35,771 bases of DNA, taken from contig MU619400.1 of NCBI GenBank assembly GCA_025201805.1, positions 1 through 35,771 on the forward strand. Direction: 5' to 3'. Origin of the DNA: Parasitella parasitica NRRL 2501 (Eukaryota; Fungi; Mucoromycota). Position 1 is the stretch's first letter. Every line of letters starts with the position of its first letter. The notes beneath the pieces are model-generated. The model was not told the origin of the DNA and made no database searches. It was given only the letters and a program-made list of their open reading frames with translations. Positions 1-11,001 of this stretch are shown here, one piece after another. Both the position numbers and the translations under genes were made by a program.

Positions 1-109
1 TAGTTGGTTATCAATCGTTTATAAATGCTTCGCGGTTTCACCGCTAGATATTTAGGTAATCTGTTTATTAGCTTGATTTGGAATCTCTAAGGTAGTTGCG
101 TAAGAGATG

Positions 110-609
110 ACATTCAATTACTTTTTGTGGGAAGTTCTATCACTTCAACACACGGGCTACAGGTATGTCATATCTAACTTTAGTTATAATGTACGGAACA
201 TTATATTAAATGGTTGTCATTCTTTTACAAATAAGGAGTAAGCTACAAGTTGTGATTAAACCGCTTCCAAGGTAGTAGACTTATTCAAGGATTACATCAA
301 GATTAGATTAAGGGATGACGGGGAGAAACCTTTCTCACTTATACATCTTCTCTTAAAATGGAACAGAAGAATAGGCTTGTTGTGCTAAAAATGCTGTAAT
401 TTAATTATGTTTGACATTCCTGTCAAAAATAAGATGTTATGCGGATAAGCATTGCTTAAGAAATATTTTAGTATAAATAGAGATCGAATGTTATGTTGAT
501 AAAAGTTTTCTACAAAAGTTATGTATCTCGTTTTATTCAGAGAAAGTCTTTATCACTTTTACACAGCAACTACGCAACATTTCACTTTGCTATTTACACT
601 GGCACAACA
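110..609 (+). mobile_element. Solo-LTR-like repeat, copy 1 (left boundary approximate)
   Basis: Alignable by eye with 17463-17821 (TTTACAAATAAGGARTAAGCTACAAGT, AGATGTTATGYGGATAA, TATTTTAGTATAAATAGAGATC). Contains a TATA box and ends TTTACACTGGCACAACA (..CA terminus). Confidence 0.55.
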
Positions 610-645
610 GAATTGATATAATAGTCTATACCGATTCCACAAAAA

Positions 646-1046
646 TGTTTTGTTCGATTTTCAAAAAAACAAGTGCGATAATGATGTGTCAATTTCCCAA
701 CCGGAAGTCAAATTCAAGTAAACTCAAACCTGAACACAATTCAGGAACATATCCCAATGAATCATGTTCCTTATTTAAAACTCAACATGACATGCTCATG
801 GACAATAGTTACAATCTATCATTCCATTATCTAAATCACACCATGTCTCACAGTTGTATCTTATCCTCCCATCAGTCCACTTAGATTCACTAGTATATAA
901 ACCATCATTTTTTCCATGCAATAAACAAGATATTTACCTGATTAATTCACAACCGTTTTATATGAATAATTTCTCATTCTGCTAAGTCTTGTTTATATAA
1001 CATTTACACAACTTTGCGCTGCGCTCTTCATTACATTGGCACAACA
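646..1046 (+). mobile_element. Possible second solo LTR of a related family
   Basis: Starts TGTTTTG and ends TTACATTGGCACAACA, the same 3' terminal motif as 595-609 and 17807-17821. TATA-like AGTATATAA near 892 is followed by AATAAA near 920. No clear target-site duplication. Confidence 0.3.
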
Positions 1047-2419
1047 AAGTTGGTTCAATTAAATAACTATAAAACACAATCTATTTTCTACGTCAAACCT
1101 AACATTCCTCAAATTAAAATCTTAATTGCGTATAAAAAAATTAAAGGGTTTATATAATAGTAAGTAACTAGCCTGCTTAACTCGTTCAAGTTATGGCATC
1201 GCAAATATTATTAGAATTAAAAAAGTCTGTTAAAGTTTTTCTACGATTATGCTTGTGGAGATTATAAACTTTAAAGCAGGCTGTAAATATAGCATAAACT
1301 CATATCAGAGTAAACATCATAACATAAAACAATATGCTATCTACATAAAATTGAAAATGGCATGACATTGGGATTACAATCTGTCCTATTAGCTCGCGGG
1401 TCTCATCATTTTAAAGCCTTAATCCTCACAATACTTCTCTAAGATTGTTGTAGAAAGTATACAAACCATTTATTTTGAATACATCAAATTACAACGTGGG
1501 TGTTATAGATAAGTATGAACTGAGCTATCGCATAAAAGAAATCTCCTAACATTATGAAAATGAATTTCAAATTATCCAAGAATACTCTACATAGATCAAA
1601 ATCATCAAGACCAGGCTAGTACGGATTCAAGAATACGTAATACAGTATCAAGAACAAATAGAAGTGATTCCAACACTCGTCAAATTTGCCATTGATTCCC
1701 TTTTCCTCAATCCTTGCTACCAAGACGTCCTTGATCATATCCATAATCATCTATCCTTGGAAAACTAATATAAAAAAGTTAGTCTTTGAATGCTATTTTG
1801 ATGATCTTCATCTAAACATAAAAAAATATAAAAAGTATTTTTTATATTATTTAATAGTAATTTTACATAGCTTTACAGTAAATGAGGCTTCTGTTTGCAC
1901 CGACCTTAACTGCATCTTGGTTTTCCACCAAACAAGAGATTGGATACCCCCTTTTGCTATCGGCTTACTGGGTTAGCCCAGGTAACGTTATTAAACATCT
2001 CGTTTCCTCTTTTTTCACAATAATTTATTGCCGATTTTACTGCTACCCTTGGTACAGAAATCTCAAAAAGAAGCACAGAGCGCCTAGAGCTCCCTGAATT
2101 GGATACTTATGGAAGGTGTGTGCTTTCTCACTATGTATAAATTCTTCTAATCCTGGTATGTATATCTACAATACTCATATTTCATTTATCAAATTTCATT
2201 CGCTAAAAGCCTTTTCTGAATTATCCAAATTGTATGCTGTATCCGTATATAAGAGGGGGAACAGTTTGGTGAGAAATGCTGATTGTTGTTTCTACAACCA
2301 TACGAGTTTGAGATAATCTATGTCTTTGGAAAAAAAAACTCTACAGAAGATGCACTATCTCGTACGGTAAAGCTCATTATCGAGACATCACATATCTCAG
2401 CATAAATTTCTCTAGCGGT

Positions 2420-4103
2420 TTAAATGTACATTTCTTTCATTGATTTAGTAACAATAACTACAGTTTTTGCGGTACCATCCTCGCCTTCAACTACTTGATG
2501 CTTTGATAGATTGTAGCCAGCTTTACGAGCCGCCTTTGCTCTTTCTTTCATGAGTCTATTCTCTTTCTGGCGCTTCTTTTGTTCTTTTTTACGGTCTGCT
2601 GCTGAGAGTTTTTTGTGTTCCTTGCTTACTTCAATTACTCTATACTGTAGGTGATATGGTATTTCCTCTTTCTTTCATGAGTCTATTCTCTTTCTGGCGC
2701 TTCTTTTGTTCTTTTTTACGGTCTGCTGCTGAGAGTTTTTTGTGTTCCTTGCTTACTTCAATTACTCTATACTGTAGGTGATATGGTATTTCCTCTTCCT
2801 TCTCAACTGCAGCTTTGTTGTCAGAAGTTTTTTTGTTTTCCATCACTTTAATCCTTAAATCATCTTTTCCAACATTTTCCATATTTTCAATCGAAACAAC
2901 CTCCTGCTGCATTTTCTGAGGCAATGTAGTTGGGATACTTGCAAAAATGGTAGCTTCAGCAGTGCTTTTAACAACAGTGCCGATAATTTCATGATATGCT
3001 GTCTCATTATCTTCTATTTGATTCTTTAAATGCTGATGCTCTAAGTCATAGATAATATCGATTACTTTGTCGGGATTCCCTTTGTATTTGATCAGCAGCC
3101 TTCTAATTTTATGTATACTTGCATCAGGGTGAGCGTTCCTGACAACTTTTTCTTTAGAAGTAAGCTCGTTCTTTTCATCGATATTGACATAAGATTCGTC
3201 TTTACTGGTATCCACAATATTTTCTTCCATCTTTAAATCATCACAAATAAGTACCCAAATACTATCTATTCAACGGTTTATACCTTAATTTCGGGTGGCC
3301 CCAAATTTGGCCCGTCTATATTTCGCACAGAACTGTAATGTTCCCAGCTATGATAGCTATATCGAAATCATGAATTCTTGTGAAATCAGAGGTGATGGTT
3401 TTACATACGCAATGTGAAGTATTTGCCTTTGCTTCTCAGCTCCTTCAACATCTTCTTGCTCGTTCTCATTCTCATTGCCATTGATGATATAGCTGTCTTA
3501 AGCATGAGATAATTATTGATCGGTAAATCATGGAATAAACTCACATCATTCCAGGCTGATACACTTTAATGTCAACTTCCTTTAGTCTTGCGAAAGCTGC
3601 CAATTCCATATTTCCACCAAATGTTGCATCTTGAGACATGCATTCGACATGGTTTTCAAAAGATTGATCGTCTTCGACAAAAAATTTGTAAGTTTCTTCG
3701 TTTTCTCGAAGATATTGACATATCTCTTTTCGAATGACCTTGTGATTGCCGTCATGGCCATGATATTGATCTGACAGCGATCTTCAGATTATTATTAGCA
3801 AAATGTACTCGATCCAAAACTTTTTCTATACCTAAACAAACAATTGCCGTCACCTGCAATGCTTTTTGTACATAGTCCTAGATTTTCAAGCTGTGCATCT
3901 AAGTTCTCTGGATCACCAAAAAAGTTTTTCTAACATTTCATGAGCAAAAATTGAGGTTGTAAAAAATAATAACTTGTATTTACATCTACGGTACGCCTTT
4001 GTTTCCGAGCAAGCTTCTCTAATGTACTATCAAATCAGTAAAAATACTTTTGCGTACTGAGCATTTTACCTCTTTTTGCTTTTTTCTCTTTTCCTTTAGC
4101 CAT
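2420..4103 (-). CDS. OTUD3: OTU-domain deubiquitinase (OTUD3-like, OTU plus CUE/UBA-like domain), 6 exons; last exon carries a frameshifting 127-bp duplication
   Basis: Manual splicing gives MAKGKEKKAKREKLARKQRRTVD-KKLFGDPENLDAQLENLGLCTKSIAGDGNCLFR-SLSDQY...ATFGGNMELAAFARL...LHIA-YHSWEHYSSVRN, with the OTU catalytic Cys (GDGNC) and His (EHYSS) motifs. All introns are GT-AG. A CUE-like segment reads HKIRRLLIKYKGNPDKVIDII. The ancestral stop is at 2420-2422 (..KSMKEMYI*); unspliced read-through stops at 2640. Confidence 0.85.
2539..2797. repeat. Perfect tandem duplication, period 127 bp, with 5-bp CTCTT microhomology at the junctions
   Basis: 2539-2670 is identical to 2666-2797. CTCTT occurs at 2539-2543, 2666-2670 and 2793-2797. 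Confidence 0.95.
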
Positions 4104-4267
4104 TGTAATTAATGTGTTTCAAAGAACCCTCATCTGAAAAAATGCAGGCAACAATTTTTATCGTTAAAAAGAGGTGTGTCTATAGCATCATTGCATTAAT
4201 TATAAACGAATTTCAACAAGTTTTACTTTTCATCTGTCTTCGTTATTATTGTTATATAGTGGCCCTT

Positions 4268-6510
4268 ATGACAAACATGCAATGGCGATCACTTATGTTG
4301 CTGCTTAGCGGTTTGGCAGTGGTATACATTGCTATTCTATCACAAGACACACCGTATCTTCATCCAAAGATTATCTACACGTCCAATAACCCATCTATTT
4401 TCTCGTTTACACCTGACAAGCTTGTCCTCACCACAGTGGGTGCTTATATATATTTAACAGCATTCAAATTTGAAGCCGTAGGACCAGAGAGTAAGGGTTT
4501 TATTGTAGGCACAGGAAGACTTAAGCTGGGTATATATGGTAATTAGCACACGATCATTTAGAAATATCAGCGTAACTAACTCACCCATTACTGACTTATT
4601 TCAGGATTAATCAAACAAGTAAAAAGGCCGATTTCTCATTTTCTTACAGAAAGAGACTTTTTGGAAACGGATGGTAATGTTCAATTGATGTGTAGCTTAT
4701 CCAATCGGTACGTTTGATAACATAACACGATAGAGTGGATTCCGTGCTTTGAACATACTTTGAAAGGGCCTGTATCAAAAGTGTCCATACGCAATAGTCA
4801 TAATGAAGGCAGCCAGACACAATTCGCCGTATTGTATCATGAAATTGAAGACGATAGCTCGTATCATTATGTCAGGGTTTATTATACTACAGTTGATGAA
4901 AATCAAGTTACCTTTGAGTACAAAGATATCCAATTTCCAGGTACGACCTGGGTTGAAGAAATTTCCTTAGAGAACAGCTCATTGCTGTATTCAAGGTATT
5001 TAAACTATGCGAATTGTCAACAATAGCCATTATAATTCACATGCAATTACCAAACAGAGATCCCGATCAATATGAATTTCACATTATGAACTTACCATCA
5101 ACCTTTACGCAATTACCGCACGCAACTTTATCTTCAAACTATTCAATTGAGCATGGAAGACGAGTAGAAGGTACTGTAGTCGCATGTTTGGCAAGTCATT
5201 TAGACATTTTCATGTAACAACATTTGATGGGTTTAGAATGGTCACAGCCGTACTCGACAGAACAATCCTCAATACTGCTATCCAGACTGTATTCGCCTAT
5301 GTAATATCCTGAAACAAAAATACTTGCCAATATTCACTGATTTCTCCATAGAAACAATACATATCGAGTATTCACGTTGAGCGTGCACAAGACTTCATCG
5401 ACATTTTATGTAAACATTACCATCGCTGACAATGCGACTACAATAAATGCAGAAAACAAGCCCGTCAAAACCTGGATACAAAGAGAAAAGGGTAAATCAG
5501 AGGTATAATGCGAAATTTCATTTAAACTGTTAGCATGCACACTAAACCAGAATTGCAGTATCCTGTCTACAACGAGGAAAATATCGACTATGTTGGATTT
5601 GCTGATGTAACTAATTATCAAAGCGCCAAGCAGCAAGTCAGGAAACTCGATATGCCCGAGCTACATTCCTCAGTTTCAACAGGCTCCAGCACGATTGTCT
5701 TTCCATACATAAAAAACAAATTTATCACACTGGATTTTACCGATCGAATTGATATTTTGATGCGCATAAAAAAAGAAAAAGAAAGATTGTATTCCAACAA
5801 TGGCAGAAAAAGCTTCCTTAACGAGTATTACTACTGGCAAGGATACGAGACAGTCGATGCAGAAATAAAGGGGCTTCAGCTGAGTGATAAGGATGATATG
5901 TTAGCATTATGGACGGAATTCAGCTATGTTTATATATATGGTCGAAAGAAACGGGAGCATAAAGCAGAGTCAACGTTAGGAAAGATCGATCGTTGGATTG
6001 ATTACTGGCTATCTGAGATATCAGAGGAAGAAAGAGAGTTGCAGGAGACCTATTTTCCTGCTCCTTGGTTACTAGAAATGGCGATTTCACCTATAAAGGA
6101 CGTGTATGGTGTCGCAAAGGTATAAAATATGGATATTTACTGGATTCTAGTTTCTCATATCAGATAATCTTTAGGATATCGGCACAGTGCAGTTCTGGCG
6201 AGGTAGAGATGGAGATGATCGTGATCCACAATATATATGTAGGTTTTTCTTGTATTCATCCAACCTTTCCTAATTCCGTGTCTTTAGTCATAGCGTTGAA
6301 AAATGGAAATGTAAATTCTTATCGCTTGGACAAATACGAACATCAAAAGAAGGCGAATCTTTGGTCTTTTGCTTCTGAGAGATGGGATATGCTCTTTGGT
6401 AGGTTGGCTGTCTGTAGGTTGGGTTGTTATACTAACTAAAGCTTTGAATGTATTTAGCCATGTTGATGGTTATCGCCATTTTTGTATATAATGAGTACCA
6501 ACGTCCATAA
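4268..6510 (+). CDS. Uncharacterised multi-exon membrane protein (N-terminal signal/anchor, C-terminal TM helix)
   Basis: A chain of ORFs separated by short GT-AG introns. The N-terminus is hydrophobic (MTNMQWRSLMLLLSGLAVVYIAIL) and the spliced C-terminus reads ..ERWDMLF/AMLMVIAIFVYNEYQRP* (TAA 6508-6510). Internal exon boundaries are not all resolved and no family was recognised. Confidence 0.6.
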
Positions 6511-7289
6511 AACTGTACAAAAGAGGTTTCTTTTTTATTTCTATAAAATGTAATAATAAATATAAAATACTAGATGGGCATTGATACATGTTGACGCGTA
6601 TACAGAAATTACGTAAAACACGATTGTAGTATATAATTAAATCAATTATCGATATACTTACTATATGTGATGTAATATGCAGGAGCATAGCCAAGCTCTA
6701 TCAAAGTATACAGGATCATAAATTTGTCAAGACGTTGATTATTTGGAACCAAACTGAGGTTTAGTATACAGCCCATAGGCTTATTTAATGAGCACATCAG
6801 CCCAAATACTGCCTTGTTAACTCTCCGTATTTTTCAAATGAGAAATGGGACACTATTGAAATTAAAGCAAATGCAAAAAATTGCACCTTTTCTGTTATAT
6901 AGAATACTTTATAAATGTAAGATAATGGTGTACTATTAATTTTCAGAATTAGATCACTAAATGCATGGCTTTAATCAACTATTTTTGATGAATGAATCTA
7001 CTTGAAGCTACAAACCCTATGATAACATTTCAATTGAACTACACCCTTTTTCACCTTTATCATTTATGCTACTGAACCATTTACCCTGATACTAGGCGAA
7101 GTTAATACACATATGACGACAGATCGCAGGACTCTTTGATTTGTTTGTCTGAGGCACTATTTCTCATCACTTCTAAGACTCACTTACAATAACTCAACAA
7201 CCACGGTTGCTATCAGTGGTAAAGTTAAGGAAAATAAACATGTATACTATTCACTTTCAAATCTACATATCTCCATCAAATACTAAAAT

Positions 7290-7473
7290 TACCTTCTAAA
7301 GCTTTTACAAGAACGCAAGTAAGAGTGTAAACTTCATAAATACGGTTTCCCAAGTTCCGCTATCGCCAAGTCAACTGGCATCAAGGGGGGTAGTGTGAAG
7401 GGTCTGATATATAGATGCAAGCACAAAGGCTCGGGAATTGTAGCGCAAGGACCTGGTCGACCTCCAAAGCTTG

Positions 7474-7530
<57 letters not shown>

Positions 7531-8352
7531 TCAGACGCGAGACAAAGAGACATTGAAGCCAACGAAGCATGATTGGGCTGGTCTACTTGACATTGCATAT
7601 GATATCCATTTGAACACTAACATAAAGTGTCTCCTAGATTTAGGTTTAAAATCTTAAAAAACTGCTTATAGACTACGCTTAGGAACAACTCACAAGAAAA
7701 GAAGACTACAACGGGCAAAAGATAAAGTAGATTTCACCACTGTTCAATGGAGACATGTGATTTGGTCAGATGAATCAAAATTCAATATCGCAGGCAATGA
7801 TTCTGGTACTAGAGTCATCCGGCCAAATCAGTGAAAGGTTTCATGAAGACCATGTTATCGAGACCGCTAAAATTTGGAAGTGATTCAGTAATGGTTCAGG
7901 GATGTTTTTGGGCGGGTGGATTTGGCCCAATTAAAGTGATCAAAACGCGATTCGATCAGCTCGAGTGTGTCAAGTGTTTAGAAGAGGTAAATATATATCG
8001 TATATCATACAGCTCACTCAGTAAGAAGTAAAACCATTTATTTTTCAAGAAGGCAGTATCAGATGTCGTACGGGCAAGGTTACAACAGCTTGGAAAATTA
8101 AACCGGATGTCCATTCCATTCGACTTTTGGCCTGCTCAAGTCCATATTTGAACCCTATTGAACATGCGTGGTCATACCTAGAGAAGAAGCTTGAGGGTAG
8201 AAGACACAGAATAGCAAAACGAAGGAATTAGAAGAAGCATTTATCGAGTAGTGGAACAAAATTGAAGTAAGCTTTGCTGAGAAACTTGCTAGAAGTATGA
8301 CCTCTCGCTGTAAAAAAGTCATTAAATGCAAGGGTGGCCACACCAGATATTT
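7290..8352 (+). mobile_element. Decayed Tc1/mariner-family (Tc1-like) transposase pseudogene
   Basis: Recognisable motifs across frames: HTH region followed by GRPPKL (~7454-7472), QWRHVIWSDESKF, KFGSDSVMVQGCFWAGGFGP, WPAQ..LNPIEHAW remnant, and SMTSRCKKVIKCKGGHTRY. Multiple stops and frameshifts; TIRs not resolved. Confidence 0.85.
7477..7526. repeat. (AG)25 microsatellite inside the Tc1 transposase remnant
   Basis: Uninterrupted AG dinucleotide run. Confidence 0.97.
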
Positions 8353-8607
8353 ATTTTTAAATAACTTTAAATAAAAATATTTACATATAATATCAAAAAG
8401 CTATTTAGTCCAGCACATCAAATATTTGTTCCTATAATACTGTCTTTTGCTACAAACATACTTTCTCCTATAAGGCAATCATTCTAGATCTTGGAATCAC
8501 TAGTGTTTAGAATAAATGCGGAATTCATTTGATTAGATGAGCTTATAAGCGATTGAACCTGTTAAATCGTTTGTCGCACATATGAATTGGGATGTAACTC
8601 TCAAATA

Positions 8608-8878
8608 ATCTGATTATGATGCCCTTTCACGATCTTATTAAAACGTACATCTCCGTTCGAAAATATCTGATCATCAGATAAATATATACCCCATCAGCAA
8701 ATCAAAAAAAATGGGTAAGCCAAGGTAATTTTTTTTGTTGTTATTACGGTAAAATCATACTAATCGATAATAAAAATAAATAAAAATGGAGAAGAAGGGA
8801 ATTTCGCGTATATAAAGGAGATCGATTTTCTCAATTTTGGGATTTTTACAACTTGTACATTACACAAAATTATCAGAT
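8608..8878 (+). promoter_or_regulatory. Cluster of iron-responsive GATA (SreA/Urbs1/Fep1-type ATCWGATAA) sites
   Basis: Exact ATCAGATAA at 8673-8681 and exact ATCTGATAA on the minus strand at 8870-8878. One-mismatch ATCTGATTA at 8608-8616 and ATCTGATCA at 8665-8673. All lie directly upstream of a siderophore transporter; TATAAA is at ~8811. Confidence 0.6.
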
Positions 8879-10823
8879 GTCTTCTGTAGAGACTAGTGTA
8901 ACCAAATTAACAGGTGTTAAGCTTGTAGAAGTTTATAAACTTGTTTGGAACAAGTGGGATAAAGTACTTCTTTTCAGTGGGTAGGGCTCAGCAGTTGATT
9001 TAAAATAAAGGTTGTCGTACTTAAACATTTCATATATACAGTCTTATTCTCTTGTCTTGGGCCATGAATTTCGAATCCAATATTTCATATGCTCTTACTA
9101 CCAATGTTACATTCCTTTTCAAAACTAATAATCTGATTAGCATCTTATCCACTGTCTTATATATCCTCGAGACCGCTCTTTATCCCATGTATTCCAAGCT
9201 CTCTGATATCTATGGTAGAGCGCAATGCTACACAGTCGCCATTATCTTCTATATAGTTGCTTACATCATTATGGCCATTGCCAACAACTATGATACTTTA
9301 GTTGTAAGTTGTAGCATCTATAACTATGCATGTTACCAAATTAACAGACTGGTTTATACAGGGTGGTCAAGTTGTTTACGATTTTGGCTACACTGGTGTT
9401 GCTATTCTCGGTCCAATTACTATTGCAGATTTCACTAACGTTGTGAATCGTGGCTTGATGCAAGCCATTTACAATGTTCCTGGCCTTATGAGTCTTTTCT
9501 TTGCTCCCCGTGCTGGTGATGAGCTCTACGCTGCAGGTAAATGGTGTTAGGGTTACCGTCTCATCCCTTTCATCCTCTTAGGTACATCGTTCACTCTCCT
9601 CTATACTCTTTGGAAGCTGTTCTTTAAAGTAAGAAGGTCTGGTATCATGACCGAATACAAGGAAAAGCAAAAGGATATTACTCAAGAAGAGAATAGATCT
9701 TTCTGGGACAAGCTTGCTTGGCTCGCGGTTGAAATCGAAATTGTCGGCACTTTGCTGTTGATTGCTGGCCTCTGCCTCATTTTGCTACCATTAGTACTTG
9801 CTCTCCCTTCTTGGGGTGGCTGGAAGAGCGGCAAAACTCTTGGTACACTTTGCTCTGATGTAGTTGTTTGGGCTCTTTTTGCTGTTTAAGTGGAAATTTG
9901 CTGTCAAACCTATCATACCCATTACTCGTTGGGATACTCGCACTCCTCTTTACGGTGTCTGCACATTGTCCACTGTTACCATTATAACATCAACCAACTG
10001 GCAGTAGTACACTACCTATCTTATGCTTTCTCGTAATCTGAGTTATTCAAATGCGGTGCTGCTCGAGAGAGGCTATAATGTCGCATACATCATCTGTGAA
10101 GTTATCGTTGGTTTCTTGATGAAGAGATTCCGCGTCTGTAAGCCCTTTGTTTGGACTAGTGTATCCTTGACTATTCTCGGTGTTGGCCTTATAATCCCTG
10201 CTCACCAGCCTACTTCATCTGATGCTTTTGTTGTTATTTCTCAAACCATCGTCGGTATTGGGTCTGGTTTCTTGTACACTCCTATGATTGTAGCTATCCA
10301 GTCTTCTGTCCCTCACGATGATATGGCCATTGTTACTGCCATGATGCAGGTTGCTGGTTCAATTGCTGCTAGTATAGGTTCTACTATGGCTGGTTCCATC
10401 TGGAACAACATGCTTCCTGGTCAAATTACAAAAAATGTCCCTGGTGAATATGATTATGCCAAAATTATCGGCAGCGTTCCTTACGCTCTTGCCCTTCCAA
10501 CTGAACAATAAAATGGCGTCGTCAAGACCTATGGTCATGTTCAAATGATTTTGTCCATAATTACCATTTGTATCGCTGTTATCACCTTCTGCTTTACTAT
10601 TCCCATGAAGACCTTTGGACTTGAGAACTTTGATACTCAAAAGAAGAAGAGTGAGCAAGAAACTGCCTGTGCAGCTGCAATGGGCGAACATACCGATGAA
10701 AGTGGGTCGAGTTCAGAACATTCTACAGCGATTGGAAACACTGAGGCCTACAGGTATGAAGAATACAAAACTACCGATGAAGTCATCTTGCCTCAAGCAA
10801 GCCAAATTTATCAAAAAGCTTAA
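8877..10823 (+). pseudogene. Siderophore-iron MFS transporter (ARN/Sit1/MirB/Str family) pseudogene
   Basis: Family motifs: PMYSKLSDIYGR, ITIADFTNVVNRG, KW(R)WGY remnant, EIVGTLLLIAGLCLILLPLVLA, QSSVPHDDMAIVTA, IGSTMAGSIWNNMLP. Lesions: TAG at 9548-9550, TAA plus frameshift at ~9887-9890, TAG at 10005-10007, TAA at 10509-10511. Two 5' introns. Confidence 0.85.
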
Positions 10824-10958
10824 CAAGTATTACTATATAATCTTTCCGAATAATATTTAGCCCACAAGCAAACATGTATATACAATACTTATATACACTT
10901 CTTTGCAATGTATAGGAATCATTTTAGAGACATCCTCCTTTCCACTTCATTCTTTTTC

Positions 10959-10959
<1 letters not shown>

Positions 10960-11001
<42 letters not shown>
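10960..11001. repeat. (TTA)14 microsatellite
   Basis: Uninterrupted trinucleotide run. Confidence 0.95.

Noticed and set aside
6700-8445. Terminal inverted repeats for the Tc1 remnant
   Set aside because: No convincing inverted pair with TA duplication could be found by eye.
9548-10511. Stop-codon reassignment or readthrough explaining in-frame stops in the MFS gene
   Set aside because: The stops appear to replace different amino acids, a frameshift is also present, and neighbouring genes use TAA/TAG as normal stops.
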